A stretch of 64,000 bases of DNA from the human T2T-CHM13v2.0 reference genome, Homo sapiens, in the NCBI RefSeq assembly GCF_009914755.1, contig NC_060928.1. One strand, 5' to 3'. The translations under genes were made by a program, and so were the position numbers. Under the pieces are notes generated by a model, which saw only the letters and a program-made list of their open reading frames with translations, was not told where the DNA came from and ran no database searches. Of the stretch, positions 41,099-59,990 are shown piece after piece (the first letter of the stretch is position 1; each line of letters opens with the position of its first letter).

Positions 41099-41636
41099 TA
41101 ATGAGGATCTGATTTAAGATAATGAGGACTGATTGATAAGTATAGTTAAAGACTTAGAAAGAGGAAAAAAGCAGGAAAAAGAATGTTTCAGGAATTGGCA
41201 ACACTAATTAACCTATTAGTCTCTGGCCACTGAAACTTTCAGGGCAAACACATTACAGCTTTCTGAGCCCAAAAGAGAGGGAAAATCTTTCATTCACATC
41301 AGAGTTTCTAGGAGAGGTCAGTAACTGCTATCAAACTCCCACACCAAGAAACCCTACAAGGCTACATTTCTGCTCTAAGATTACTGGGGATATTTCTAAA
41401 GCTTGAGATGTAGAAATAATTAGGCACAAAATAGCTGTAAAACTCCCAGACATTCAGTACCCAAACCAAGTTGGGATGTTTCTCTTTTTCCAAATATCTT
41501 GAGGGCTATATTGTGTCTGCTCACGTATTGAGTTAGGGTCTTACACGTGGCTTCTGACACTAACCTTGTTCAAATTACCCTTGCAGCTTAGACTACATTT
41601 GACCCTGCTGCAGCTCAATTATGTTTCCTGCTTCCA

Positions 41637-41638
<2 letters not shown>

Positions 41639-41674
<36 letters not shown>
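41639..41674. repeat. (TG)18 microsatellite
   Basis: Uninterrupted TG run. Confidence 0.97.
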
Positions 41675-41675
<1 letters not shown>

Positions 41676-42239
41676 TAGTACAGCTTGTGGATGATCTATG
41701 TAAAATATACATATACACTGGGGAGGATATATGGATATATATTAGGAAGGAACAGAATTAAGTTACACTTACTAATTATTTATTGTGCAAAGAAATTTAG
41801 GCCTGAAGTAGATACCGACCATAACCTAATGTAACCTTCAATTTACAGGTGAAGCAAAATAACCTGTGTTAGTTACGATCATACACTTAATAAACAGCAA
41901 ATCCAGAATCCCTCCAATGTTTTGACAATCCAGTGATCTTTCCTCCATAGTAGAGGGTTTCACTCAAAATTCTCCATGGTATTAAATGCTTCAGGACTTG
42001 TCTAAAGGGACAAACAAAGCAGCCCTCTAGCCCCACCTACCAGGATTGATTTGGGGAGATTTACTTACATTTGTTCTATTAAGTTGTAAGAAATCATAAA
42101 ATTTTTTGTGAAATGGGAAAAAACATTGTTGTACTTAATATTTGTCTCCTTGTACTTGCACAAAATTAAGGCATGAACTTTGCATTTATTTTACATACTG
42201 TTATTTTAAAAACATCTATTTTTACTATTTTAAAAATCT

Positions 42240-43800
42240 ATTTAACCCTTAGTATGTGAGTAGCACTGTAAAATTCTGGAGCTACAATGATAATCTAGAC
42301 ATGGTTTGGGATCTCTATTTCCTTCCAGAAGAAACAGTGAGAAATAAACAATTAAGAATGATTTTTAAGTTGATATGATATGTACATAGGAAGGCCACTT
42401 CACCTGGCTGATGTATTTAAGGACTGATATAATACGGAAATAAAATGGATGAATAAAAGACAGAAACAAAGTAATTAGAAACATGTTCCAAGTAGAAGAA
42501 AAAAATTGTAATATGTTTCATGTCAGAGCGGAGCATATTATAGAACTTAAAATTAAATCTGAAAGGATTTGGGAGACTGTAGGATCAGATTGTGGAGTAA
42601 ACAGTGTGGCATAGACAGCTGGAATATGGGCTTTGTCATGAGACTGATGGGGTTTGAGTCCTGGCTCCACAAAGAGTACAACCTTGAAAGTGTACTTTAA
42701 ACCATCTATGTGTCCACTTGTTCTTCTGTAAAATCATGTTAGCAATAGTACCTGCCTCATAAAGTGTGACAGTGCTAAAGCATGCACCATGCTGAGCATG
42801 AGCTAATTCAAAGAAATAAAGAACTGGTTTAAGAAAGCTGGCTGTGTATGCAGATGAGTTTACATTTGTATCATGGATTTGTCAATTAATAACAGCATGA
42901 CCTCAGCTAAGACACTGAACTGTATGCCTCCTCAATGGCTTTACCTGTAAAATGGACGATAGAATAGTACATTCTTTATCGTTGTCTTATGCGAATTAAT
43001 GACTTTGTATGCTAAAAATATTCATAACATTGTCTCCACATAGTAACTGGGCCAGGGTAGGCAAAAAGGCAGGATCAAGAGGTAGGATTAAAAATAACAT
43101 GGTCAGGGAAGACCATGCTGAGACCGTAACATTTGAAGAGACCTGAGGGAAAACAAACCGTGTGGATATTTAGAAGATGAAATAAAAAATTGCATGCCTA
43201 TATATTTCTGCTTATATAGACAGGTATTTCATGATTTTTTAAAAAAATTTCTTTCTTTTACTTGACACGTTTTCTAATTTGTTTTCTGCCTTTTATTCAT
43301 CCATCTTATTTCTGTATTATATCATTTCTTAAATACTTCAAATATATAGGCATGTGAGGGGGTGGGGGGGTTACCTGGCATATTTGAGAAAGGGCAAGGA
43401 AGACAAGAGCAGAGTGAGATGAATTATAGTAGGTAATATATTCTGAGATATGACAGAGTGCATGGAGAGGTGGTACAGATCACGTTTGAAATTAAAGTCA
43501 CGGTAAAGACTTTAAGTTATTGTTCTGAGTAAAGGTATCAGGGTATTGGAGAGTTTTATGCTGAAAGAGTAGTGATCATAATCACTGGCTGCTTGGTTGG
43601 GAACAGATTAATAAGTGGGAGGTGCCAAGGGGATCCGTGAGGAATCATTGCAATAACCCCAGGAACAGGAGATGGGCACTGAGAACAAGGCGGTGGCAGA
43701 GGAATAGAAGGAAGTGGTCAGATGTAGGATATGTTTTGAAGACAAAGCTGATAACACTGTTCCATAAGTGGGATCTTGTCAAATGAGAAACAAGACATTA
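42240..43800. mobile_element. L2 fragments with two MIR remnants (~42600-42800 and ~42860-43045)
   Basis: MIR core motifs GGGTTTGAGTCCTGGCTCCAC, TTCTGTAAAAT...AATAGTACCTGCCTCATA and ACCTGTAAAATGGACGATAGAATAGTAC; L2-like GAAGTGGTCAGATGTAGGATATGTTTTGAAG. Confidence 0.65.
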
Positions 43801-43814
43801 TAATATTAAGTAAC

Positions 43815-44201
43815 AGGTGTGATGGATTGTAAAAATGGCCACAGTGGAATATGGCAGAACTGATATTGTACAAGCCCCAAGCCTATGCTTGAAAATGTCT
43901 TTCAGATATCTCTCTTGCTGCTGCTGGGATACCTGAAGCACTGCCTTGGGGAGAAACTGGGTCAGCCTGCTCCGTGAAAAGAATCACATGGCACAGTAGC
44001 TCTCAAGCCCCTGACAGACAGCCAGTCTCCCAATGCAAAGTGTTTTGCTGACCAGCAGCTGTCCAGAGACTGGCAAGAGAGTTGTTCAATGTAGCTCAGC
44101 CTCATTTACCAACCCATAGAATTTGGAACTAAATGAATGGATGTTTTATTAAACCACAAAGTTTCGAGGTGGTTTGACATGCTGCGATATATAATTGTTA
44201 C
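43815..44201 (+). mobile_element. MLT1F/G-like LTR, internally deleted
   Basis: TGTGATGGATTGTAAAAATGGCCACA...TTAAACCACAAAGTTTCGAGGTGGTTTGACATGCTGCGATATATAATTGTTACA. Confidence 0.7.
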
Positions 44202-47200
44202 AATGGATGATCTATACACTTTTTGCTGAATTTGGACCAGAATATCACTGTCTCCCAAAGATTGTGATATGTAGTAAAATTGCCTATTATTTGTAAATTT
44301 AAAAATGTTTACCCTGAATCCCTAAAGACCAGGGCAATGTGGGGTGGCATCTCAAGAACACTAAAGCATGCCCTTGCTGGTTAAACGTTTATGTGTTGTT
44401 TATTGTAGGATCTAATTATAAGTAATTCTCAATATAAGTTTCTAAAACTACATATTCTGAGTCAGTTCCTTTCTCACTTGCCTAGAAGGCTTTCCCATCC
44501 TTATCTTCTTTCTTCATAAATTTCCAACATCTCCCAATTTTCAGACTCAGTTGGTGACTTCCTTTTAATTTCACTAAGGGAGAAGAGGGGAAGATTCCAA
44601 AGGGAGCTTCCTCTGTAACCAACCAACCTGTCTACCCAACATCCTGAATCTTTCCTCATAAACCATCGTTTGCCTTCCTTCCTGTTACTTTAAATGAACT
44701 AATCTAATTTGTAAAATCTAAGTCAGATCAGCCAACCTATTTCTACACAGGATCTTACCTAACGCTCACCTTTTCAAGCACAATCTTCCATTGTGCCTTT
44801 CCATTTCATCTGCATTGATTTTCCTCTCTTCAATGAATCTTTCTCCCTCTTTCATCCCCAGTTTTTTAAATCTACATTCTCAAATTAAAATAGTAAGCCA
44901 ATCTACTTTAGAATGAGTATTCATAAGTATATTTTCTAAAGGGAAGATTAACTTCTATAAGTATGTAAACAGATGTCAAATTATTTTACCATTTATATAT
45001 AATTTAATGTGGACAGTTATTCTCTTATATTGACTTACTATCACAATACATACAGTTTAGAGAAACTATTTGCATTTTCACTACAAAATGTTTAATTATT
45101 CAGTGTAATTACTTATAACATTTTAAAAATAAAATTATTGGTGACATTTTTGTCCTTCATATTTTGTTTAGATTTTACTTATTAAATTATTTTCTCTCTT
45201 GTCCTTCAAAAACACTTTACATTATTTGCAAATGCATCTAATTAGAACACAGGGAATTATGTTATGCATTTGGCAGCAGAGGTATAATGGATGCCAGCTG
45301 CAAGATCTTGAACTTCCAAATCTGGAATTTAAAATTTCTGAAATAACAACTCCCAATTTATTGCTGGCAATGCAGAAATACTGTTTATTTTCCATCTTGT
45401 CTGTAATAAACACAGTACTACTGCAGATACTACACTCAAAATTTTAGGGAAATACTTTTACAGAATGCACTGGAAATTTTGTAGCTTAGATTCTCATAAA
45501 AATATTTTTATTAAACATTTCCTTTGGTTCTTGCATCATCTCTTTATTAAGTTGTTTAACGTTTGGAACACATTAGGAAAATATTTTCCAGATATGAAAG
45601 AAAGATGACCTTCCTTGCCCTAATTCCCTGGTGGGATTTTCTCGTGCACTGGAGAATGATGATGTGGTTGCTTGAAACGGTATTTCAGCTGTGCTCAGGA
45701 GGCAGGAAAATATCAGTCTGGACACATGTAGCAAGTAGTGTGCATGTAGAGCATCGCAGAAATTGGATGTGTCCTGGAGAAGTCTATGAATGATCAGTGG
45801 TTCAGGGATGTGATTATTGTTGGCTTTGCTAGGACAATTCTGAATTAAAATAGGATTTTTTTCTATTTCCATTGGAGTGAAATTCATCTGGGTAGACCAT
45901 ATACTCTAACAATTGGTTATAAAAAAGAAAAATATATATTTCTTGTATACAAGAGGCTCAAGAACATTATTCCTTAGGTAGTAACATCATGCCCGAATTG
46001 CAAAAATTAGTAAGGCTGACTGGTAGTGGAGAGATATGCTCCAGGTAAAACTGGAAATTTACATATACTTTTTATGTCTATTTTCTGAGAGGTCTTGTGG
46101 AAGTGTGGATTTTTTGAAGACCATGGAAAATAATTAAAACAGCTACTGTAGGTAGTATAACTTGGATACAAGAGACCAATATATGGAATTCAAATTAATA
46201 ACAAAATCCTAGTTAAAATTTAATGGCAGGGATTTAAAATACAATCACTCAGCATTTTTCATGACCTTATATAAAATGCTCAGCCCTAGAGGAGAAATAG
46301 AATAATCAAAGAATTGTGGAATTGAATTTGACAAAAGTTTACAAGAGAAGAGGATCAAGGAGCCAAATGCACATATTATAAGTATACGAATATGGGATCC
46401 AACCATGAGGAAGAAATGGCTGAGGAAGTTAAGTGAAATTTTAACTGTAGTAACGGGGGAGAAATACAATGTATTTCAAAGAACTGGAGTTTATAATGGA
46501 GATAAGTAGAATACAGCAGAAAGAGAAAATGGGAGACATTTTAAGAAAACAAGCATTCGTGGTCAAAAGAAGAATAGCAGATTTTGAAATATTCAATGCA
46601 GACCAATGTTTAATAGTGGTGAAACACAGAAGGGGGTTCTATTTGTAGATAATTAAACTGGAACAGATTAGATGGAGTGGATGTATGTCATGAATTTAAG
46701 AAGCTATAAAACAGGGAAGAGGAGACTACAGAATAAATAGATGTCAATAATTTTCAAAAAGGGAGGATACCATTGAAGATGGGGCATCAACTATCCCTAA
46801 CAACAAAGGCAATCAAAAGATACTACTTGTGTCACACTACTTGTTTCTTTGAAGTCTCTGACTTGGAGCAACAGTATAATGTCCCTTTCCTATAGTAGTG
46901 AAGGATATAGTAGTTTCAGGGAAAAACAGTTTTCCATAATATTTACTCAAGGAAGAAGACCATGTATTCAAGCACACATTGAAAGTTTGAGTGGAGCATT
47001 TTATAATAGCTAGGGGGTTCCAATAAAAGAGTACAGTGGGTTAAGCCAGTGACTACTAAGTTTAAGAGCTTACAGTCCTGCACCTACTGTAGCTTCTATG
47101 TGGGATGGAAAACATCAATCATTGTTGTTGATTGTTATGTAAAACTCTCTTTTATTTTAATATTGATGTCAATATTTCAACTGCTGTAAAATTATAAACT

Positions 47201-47350
47201 TTTATACTTGGATAAGTCCACCAGGAGCGAGTATTTCGCTCTCAGATACAGGCATGCTTCTCACCGTGCAGAGCTGCATTTCGCCTGGGCTGGCTGCATG
47301 GAAACCCGCCCTTCCTCCCACCCCACCTCTCTAGAGCCTGGGCTGTGTTG

Positions 47351-51278
<3,928 letters not shown>

Positions 51279-52074
51279 AAAAAGAATAAAAAGAAATGAA
51301 CAAAGTCTCCAAGAAATATGGGACTGTGTGAAAAGACCAAATCTATGTCTGACTGGTGTACCTGAAAGTGAAAAGAAGAATGGAACCAAGTTGGAAAACA
51401 CTCTGCAGGATATTATCCAGGAGAACTTCCCCAACCTAGCAAGGCAGGCCAACATTCAGATTCAGGAAATACAGAGAATGCCACAAAGATACTCCTCGAG
51501 AAGAGCAACTCCAAGACACATAATTGTCAGATTCACCAAAGTTGAAATGAAGGAAAAAATGTTAAGGGCAGCCAGAGAGAAAGGTCGGGTTACCCACAAA
51601 GGGAAGCCCACCAGACTAACAGCAGATCTCTTGGCAGAAACTCTACAAGCCAGAAGAGAGTGGGGGCCAATATTCAACATTCTTAGAGACAAGAATTTTC
51701 AACCCAGAATTTCATATCCAGCCAAACTAAGCTTCATAAATGAAGGAGAAATAAAATCCTTTACAGACAAGCAAATGCTGAGAGATTTTGTCACCACCAG
51801 GCCTGTCCTACAAGAGCTCCTGAAGGAAGCACTAAACATGGAAAGGAACAACCGGTACCAGCTACTGCAAAAACATGCCAAATTGTAAAGACCATTGATG
51901 CTAGGAAGAAACTGCATCAACTAAAGAGCAAAATAACCAGCTAACATCATAACGACAGGATCAAATTCACACATAACAATATTAACCTTAAATGTAAATG
52001 AGCTAAATGCTCCAATTAAAAGACACAGACTGGCAAATTGGATAAAGAATCAAGACCCATCGGTATGCTGTATT
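51279..52074 (+). mobile_element. Inverted 5' segment of the same L1PA (ORF1 3' half, spacer, ORF2 start)
   Basis: ORF 51328-51888 is the ORF1p C-terminal half (RPNL...AREK...REWG...YPAKLS...HAKL). The segment ends GACCCATCGGTATGCTGTATTC, followed by the right TSD CTGTTTTGCTTT at 52075-52086. Confidence 0.96.
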
Positions 52075-52749
52075 CTGTTTTGCTTTTGAGTCTCAGATCC
52101 CAGGTCAGCCCGCATCTCGGCTCTGTGTCATTTCCTTTGTGTTTATGTGGCATTTTGTCTGTGTTGCTGTGTAGAGTAAATAAACTGTTTATATAAAGAA
52201 AAAAGAAAGAATTGTCACATGAACAAGGTCACAGCCTTAATTTAACTGCAATAAGTGCCAGAAAAATCTGTGTGAGACCACTCCAGTGAAAGAAGAAGTG
52301 ACCGAAGAAAGGACAATGTAGATAGAGTCCAACTAGAAATTGTAGCGGTGAATTAAAGGGAAGTGTCACATCTTTGAAACGAATGAAAAGCTATATCTCT
52401 GAGGAAGACGATCTAGGCTTGAATGAGCCAAGAGAAGAGCTCACAAGTCCATGAGAAACACTTTAATAGATATCAGCATATAGGATCCCATTACAAAAAT
52501 GATCTAGCCAACTCCAAAACAGCATAAGAACCTTTGTAAATTCAGAGAAACCTTTCTCCAAGCATCATGATGTCACTAAGTCACCTATTTCACCCACACG
52601 TCTATAAGCCCTCTTTGGTTGGAAAATGGAGAGGAGGAAGAATTCCAAAGGATTGAATATTTATAAAACTAAGCTGCTAAAAATGAACTAGAATTAATTA
52701 CTATTAAATGGTCGATATAAATACATTGGCCACATGCAACAACTTGGCT

Positions 52750-53195
52750 GGTGACAACTGCACGTCTTATTATTTGTTCAAAATTATTCTCTTCCCACCC
52801 TGACAGTATTTTATGGTAAGAGGAGTATTGCAATCTGCCACATTGACTTTGCCTTGGCCATGGGTCTTGTTTTGTTCAACGGATATTGAACAGAACTGAC
52901 ATATGTCATGTCTAAGAAGAAGGTTTAAATATGCTCATATGGTTTCCTGGGACCTCTTCCTTTCTCTCCACCATGAGAACATAATGTTTCAAATAAAAGC
53001 CAGTCCTTCATCCTGCATTCTGGAAAGACAAGATATATGAAGCAAAGTCCAGCTGAGTCAGACAATCCAGATGGAGAAAAAAGTCATAACTGAATTTCAG
53101 CCTTCCTGTGACATGAGGAAGAAATAAATGCTTATTGCTAAATGCACAGAGAGACTGTTTTTGTTTATTTTCATAGCAGCATAAAAGCTGACTTA
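52750..53195 (+). mobile_element. MLT1H/I-like MaLR LTR
   Basis: CCACATTGACTTTGCCTTGGCCATGGGTCTTGTTTTG...GAAATAAATGCTTATTGC...CATAGCAGCATAAAAGCTGACT. Confidence 0.7.
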
Positions 53196-56100
53196 TTAAT
53201 TGGTTTATAAAAATATTATATGAATTATGGTTATGATTATGCAAATTACCTTTTTCAATAGAGGATCAACTCTGACAGCTAGTATCATTGGATTCTGTTA
53301 TTCAAAGTGTCTCTCTCTTCTTGACAGTCATTAATCTTTGAGACATATACACTTGGATGGAGGATAGTTCCACATCTTTTCTTTTCCATTAGTCTTTTTC
53401 AGTACTTTCTGTTGCAGAAATTATCTACATTGTCATCAACTTTCAGATATATTTGTTATACCGTTTTCACATAGCTCTATATTTTCTGTCTTTACCAGTT
53501 TGCCCAAATATGAGTGTGCCTAGCATATTCTTTTTACATAAAATAAGTCATCAGAAACCTTGAGTCTTTAGGGTATTAACATTGCCATTTGGTGGTGGCA
53601 AAATTTTTTATGGAAAATAATTTATAACATTTAAATTTTATTAACTCCAATTAATGGCAGAAAATGAGAAAAGTAAACAAAATAACTGAGTGCCTACAGG
53701 TGAAGTGGTTCTCTGCTGATAACTATTGAAATATTGGCATTAAATTTTCACCCTAAAATGGGATAATAGTCAATGTGATCTATTTAAAAACTATATAGGA
53801 TCATGACTTCATAATTAAATTAAATATAATTCTATTGCATTCAAATTTGTAAATTGACTTATTCAGCCAATTCCTCATTATTTGCTGCTACAGTCATTTG
53901 AGTTAATTAGGTAAAAAGTCAACGAGATGCTACCATTGATTTAATAAAATCTTTGAAGACATTTTTTATTGCTAGATTGCTATGGCAGAATATTTACCTC
54001 AGAAAAATTCCTTCATGTGACTCTGTGAACGAGGTATACCACGTATGTCTCTTAATGTTTATAATACTGGGAGAGAACATAAATAACTGAATTATTTCTT
54101 CAACTACTAGACATCAACCACTGGATTTGGATCCACTGCACTCTAAAGGAGGCCATTTTGCCATCAGACCTTAACATTCTCTTAGGTACCTAATACACCA
54201 ACATTGACAGAGATATTAGCAATACAGGACTTGTATAGCAAGTTTAACATTGTTTAAAAGATAATGTCATATTTATAAATTGAGCTTAAACTCTTGCTAA
54301 ACAATCTTAGGCATCCTTAAATTCATCAGAGTGGTTAAAAATAACATCAAGATAACAACAATATTCTATAGCGAACCTATAAATGCCCAACTTCTAATTT
54401 TCATGGGAAGTTTTACTCTTCGGATAATGCTACTTGGGCTTCTAAATACTGAAACACAGAAAACTCTGCATAATGAAGGGATAAATATCACAGCAGTGAA
54501 ACAAATGAGGTCTTGATTTCTCCTTTTATTGCAATGCCCTGAATTTTGTTTATATATAAAAAATAAAAATGGCTCTCTAATTTTTCCCCTTTAAAAAACG
54601 TTATGTGGAAACACTTAAGTACAAACTTTTTTTCATGACTACATTTTAATGTGACATCGGCCTACCTCTTCCACACAACAGAGTGTTCATTAAAGTCTGC
54701 AAGATGCTGCAGCAAAGGTCTTCTGTCAAGGTTTCTGTGCATTTCCCCTTTGGTTTCACATTTTTAATTGGTTTAACCAAAAAGAACATAATCTCTACCT
54801 CGTAACAGGAAGATATCCAAGTTTCATATTAGTTTTCTTATCTCTAGTGGCTATCTCCAGCAATACAGAATACTAACAAACAAAAATCTAAGGACCTCAG
54901 TGACTAGCAAAAAGAGAAAGAAAATCATTTTTGGAAAGTTTTACTACCAGACCACATGGTTCCACGCAATTTTCTCTGGTGTGGTCTCAAACATATTGTT
55001 AAGAAGACTTCCAATGAGTTGAGGATTTTTTTTGTTAAGGCACTATATTGTCAAGCTGTTAGAGTAATGCAGCTGGGTCTAAAATTTTTGGCTTTTTAGT
55101 CAAAGCTGAACAGTGTCCATAGATTTTTCTGAGCCACTTCCAACATACAGTAGCAGCTGCTGTGTTTATGTGCAATACCACTGTGCAAGCGGCAATTAAA
55201 CTACAAAATTCTAGATACGTAGTTGGGAAGCAGCAGGCAGTCAGCACACAACTGGCACTGAGCTAAAACAGAAAAGATTCTTACTTTTGAAATGTAAGTC
55301 AAGCTAACAAACCCACGTTGCTGTGTACAGAAAATGGTGAGTAACAACAAATGCTACTTGATAAAAGAGGACAAGAATCTTCTGCGTAAAATATAAATTT
55401 TGTTTTCATATTTTCCACATGTGGCTTCAAAAAATAATTACAAGCAACATGACTTCTTTTGATATGTTATAAAATAATTAATATTTAAGATACACTTCTT
55501 ATAATAAGGTATTACTTGAGTGTATATCCTCCATGTGCAAAATCCTAATAGTCATTTTATTAGGGAAAATGATTTTTAAATAATTACAGATTTTCCTTTT
55601 GACGTTGGGGGCATATGAATAAGGATGCCAAAATATCTCAGATGAAAAAAAGGCAATTATTGTCACAGGAATTTCACTTTCTGCGTACTTCCTATCCTGC
55701 AAGTTTTAGATACAGTGTAAAAACTGCCTGAAAAACTAAATTTAGTGGACATCACATTTCAGCATCTGTCATTAACCCCAAATGGGATATTTTCTCTGTG
55801 ATTGACTGCTTTCTGGGATATTAACTGGAACAACGTCAGGTGAGCCTGGTTACCCTTCATTAATGTAGTGTCCAAAGTTATAATTTTCCATATATGTTTA
55901 AATAAATCTTTTCGTGCTTTAAGGAGAGTATGCCATCTTGCCATATTTGGGAAAAATAATTTACTTTTATAATTTATTGGCTTATTAAAGGATATAAAAT
56001 AAACTGTTGATTTAATTCATACTTATTCCATCGTCTAATGAAAGAAACCTTAAATACAAATATCAGAGATGTTGTGTTTGTGTATTAATGTAACACAAAA

Positions 56101-56709
56101 CAAACAAAAACCACTTGGTCTCTTTCCGATATTTCAAACACTCCTGGAATTTCAGTTATTATTTCTATCTGTATCTCTTTTCACTTCAGACACTCCATAA
56201 TATCATTGAATTGCCCTGTTTCTAGCATCAACACTAACAGGGAGGTAAAATATAGGATATCTACCTGAAAAGATTCCAAAAGAGCTGAAATTTGATCCTA
56301 TCTAAATAACTCATTAATTGTAAAACCTTGAGTGGTCATTTAAGCCTGATTAAATTTGGCAATTTTTAAATAATTAAACCTATGACGCTCTAAAGAGTGT
56401 GTAAGACAATTTCTCAAAGTGGGGTACAATTACCCTATGGGGCATTGTGGATGTGGCTGGAGCAATACCAGATCAATTGCAAGGCACTCCTCATCGTTAG
56501 AGGCCACGCCTTCCTGTTTACTGCTGTCTTCCATTCCCCCACTTCATGTCTGCCATGGAGTAGGTACTCAATACATGTTTGATAAATAGAGATTGAAGCA
56601 TTTCAAATTTGGAGAGTGCCAATTTAACAAAATGTTATGTAGTTGCAAAAGATTTTTTTTTTATAAAATGGCATTGACATATTATTTAGTAAATTGCAAT
56701 ATATGAATA

Positions 56710-56997
<288 letters not shown>

Positions 56998-57149
56998 AAA
57001 TTATTTTATTTTATTTTGTTTATTTTTCATTTATAGTGATTCCAATTGTCATGCCTCGTAAGACATTTAAGAAATGGAAGTTTACACTTGGGATGGGGAT
57101 TGCTAATTTGGCCCTCAAAATACATTTATCTGTTCTTTTATATTAATCC

Positions 57150-58570
57150 TTTTAAGTGAGCTGCCCGTTTAGCAACCAAGTGTTTCAATCTTCATGTTAT
57201 GGAAGGCTGTTTGTGTTGACCAATATGCAGAGCTCCTCTTTTTCGTGGGACACACGTAAACTACATTCACTGAGCCCCCTTACATCCCAGTGCCACCATG
57301 TAATGTGTCTGGGACATTGGAATTGACATATACCAATTTCCAGCCTAACCTTGGAAATGGCCCATGAAAATGTCCTCCCACTCCTGCTCATTGCTCAATT
57401 AGATACCAGGAATTCATGTAAGACCCCAAGACTCTAAGTGGAAGTAGAAACACTATACAGAGCATCTGTGTCTCTGAATGATTACATGGAGGAGAACCTT
57501 TCAGAAGACCTATATAAATGAGAACACATGCCTTTGTTTGAGCAGGGAATAAAACTTCACTCTATTAAACTAACTGGGATATTGAGATTTCTTTATTCCT
57601 GCAAAGAAGCTTAGCCTACCCTAAATAAAGCAAATTTGTACCCAGAAATGGGGAGCTGGGATATCAAATTATTATGTGTCATTGGCTTAATGTTAAGGTG
57701 TGGAAGATAAGGAATTTTATATTGAAACTTGCAAAGATATAGGTTATGTGTCAGGAAAACTTTTGATAAAATCATCAACTTTGACAGCATAAAAGGGCTA
57801 GGTATATGCCATTGTGCTGGAAGCCATAAGCCAAGAAGTTGGAAAATAATGCCACAGTTGTAGGTGTTGGCTAGAATTCACTATTTTTGGAAAAATATGA
57901 TGAGAAAGATGAGTTTGGAAAATAATTGAATGATTTATAAGTAGGAAAATACATAGATTATAAAGCTTCCATAAATTCTTGAACTTTCAGAGTTAGAATA
58001 TCATATTGTTCTTACACTTCAAATAGTTGAAATGAAAAATTTAAGTCTTTGAGGCTGGGCACAGCGGCTCACGCCTGTAATCCCAGCACTTCAGGAAGCT
58101 GAGGTGGGAAGATCGCTTGAGGCCAGGAATTTGAGACTTGCTTGGGCAACATAGTGAGACACCGTCACTACAAAAAATACAAAAATCAGCTGGGCATGGT
58201 GATGTGTGCCTGTAGTTGAAACTACCTGGAAGGGATACCTTGAGCCCAGGAGGTCGAGGCTGCAGTGAGCTATGATAGCACCACCACACACTCTAGCCTG
58301 CGTAAAGGAGTGAGAACCAGACTCCAAAAATAGTCTTGGATAGCACAGGACTAGTAACATTTCTCATTGAACAATGTAATCAAGACATACGGTGGTATGA
58401 TCTGGAGAAAGTGGCACTGGAACAAGAAAGAAATGAAATAAAACATATTTGAAAGTTATGTCTAAGAAAGAAATGTTGGATTGGTTAGTAGCATTGAAAG
58501 GATTAGAAGAGACTGTTTTGAGAGGACTGCATTGCCTAAGAAATGAGGAGCCCACGCTAAAATAAAAATG
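57150..58570 (+). mobile_element. Old MLT1 LTR (to ~57633) followed by MLT1-internal sequence
   Basis: GAATAAAACTTCACTCTATTAAACTAACTGGGATATTGAG...TTAGCCTACCCTAAAT, then AATTTGTACCCAGAAATGGGAGCTG and TATGTGTCATTGGCTTAATG. Confidence 0.65.
58053..58330 (+). mobile_element. AluJ
   Basis: GATCGCTTGAGGCCAGG and GGTCGAGGCTGCAGTGAGCTATGAT; TSD-like AGTCTT(T/G)GA. Confidence 0.9.
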
Positions 58571-58577
58571 TCTCTTA

Positions 58578-58878
<301 letters not shown>

Positions 58879-58899
58879 GTCTTTCGATTATGACACTCA

Positions 58900-59990
58900 G
58901 AGTCATCAGGCTCCAGCCTTACAAAGGCAGGAGTGGGCTGTGAAAATGAAGAGGCTGCTGACACCCAAGGTGTGAAGCAGCCCCTCACTACTGCTGAGGA
59001 GGGATGGATATGCTGGTTTTCTCGCAGGCTTCTGCTGATACCACCCTACTGGGCACCTTATTGCCGATACTATGGAGTCAGCAGTTGCCTTGTTATCTCT
59101 AGCTAGAGATGAAAGCCCTGAGCCTCCTTTCCACATGCCTCCTCTGATACGACCCACTTATAATGATAAGCTTCACTATATTCTTGATACCTAGGAAACA
59201 GTTCAATGGGAATATTTTCTACTATAATATAAATTTGTCAATTTCTTCCTGTCATTCTGTCAAATAATACGCAATGAGGTGTATTTCAATTTAACATTAT
59301 ATTATTTTTCCTGGTAATTTTTTTTTATCATAATGAAGGTAGTGACCTTCATGAGATACTACCCACTTGGAGTAGGTGGCACCTTGTTCCTGCCGGGTGG
59401 AGCGTGGACGTCCAGGTCCTCCGTGTAGTCTCCGACACTGTGGAAAATGATTTCTAGTTGCCCTGGCAGGGCTGAATGTCCCAGTTCCCTATTCAGCCTA
59501 CCCTGAGACCACCTTAGTGGTGGATGGTGGTATTTGGGTCACCTCATTACAACTTGGGAAGTGTGGAAGTCCAGGATCCCCAGGCAGCCTTTGTGGGTGT
59601 GGAAGAGGGGTAAGGGTTGAGGTCACATTTTGTTTTCTGTGTTTTCTGTGGCTAGAGTTGGGCAGTATTGACTGTACATTTTCTGCATGGCTATGCTTCC
59701 ATTTTCTGGTCAGCTGGCTAGAGACAGCAAGCTTTATCGGAGCCTAAATTGGCATTTCTGGGTCGTCAGCTTCTCCTGCACACAGTCTGGGGCACAGGAG
59801 GCAAAATGAAAGCTCAGAGCACTCACCAGCACATCATCTTTGGCTGCCGAGGTCCCTGGCTGGTCTGCCATCTTCCCTCCACTTTTAGAGTCCTCTTAAA
59901 CACTATAACATATTAAGTATTTTTAGTTGAACTTAAGTAAAGATATAGGGAAAAGTACATCTATCTCATCTTTCTAGAAATAGAAGTTCT
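58900..59990 (-). mobile_element. Old L1 (L1MC/L1M4-type) 5'UTR
   Basis: GC-rich tract with GGCTAGAGACAGCAAGCTTT and GGAGGCAAAATGAAAGCTCAGAGCACTCACCA, ending GGGAAAAGTACATCTATCTCATCTTTCTAGAAATAGAAGTT. Confidence 0.7.

Noticed and set aside
45591-45680. Possible plus-strand exon (TTTTCCAG|ATATG...ACG|GTATTT)
   Set aside because: The donor is weak, no peptide is recognisable, and there are no linked exons.
46200-46780. Possible CR1/L3 fragment
   Set aside because: Only one short motif (AATTTTCAAAAAGGGAGG) resembles L3 ORF2, which is too little to call by eye.
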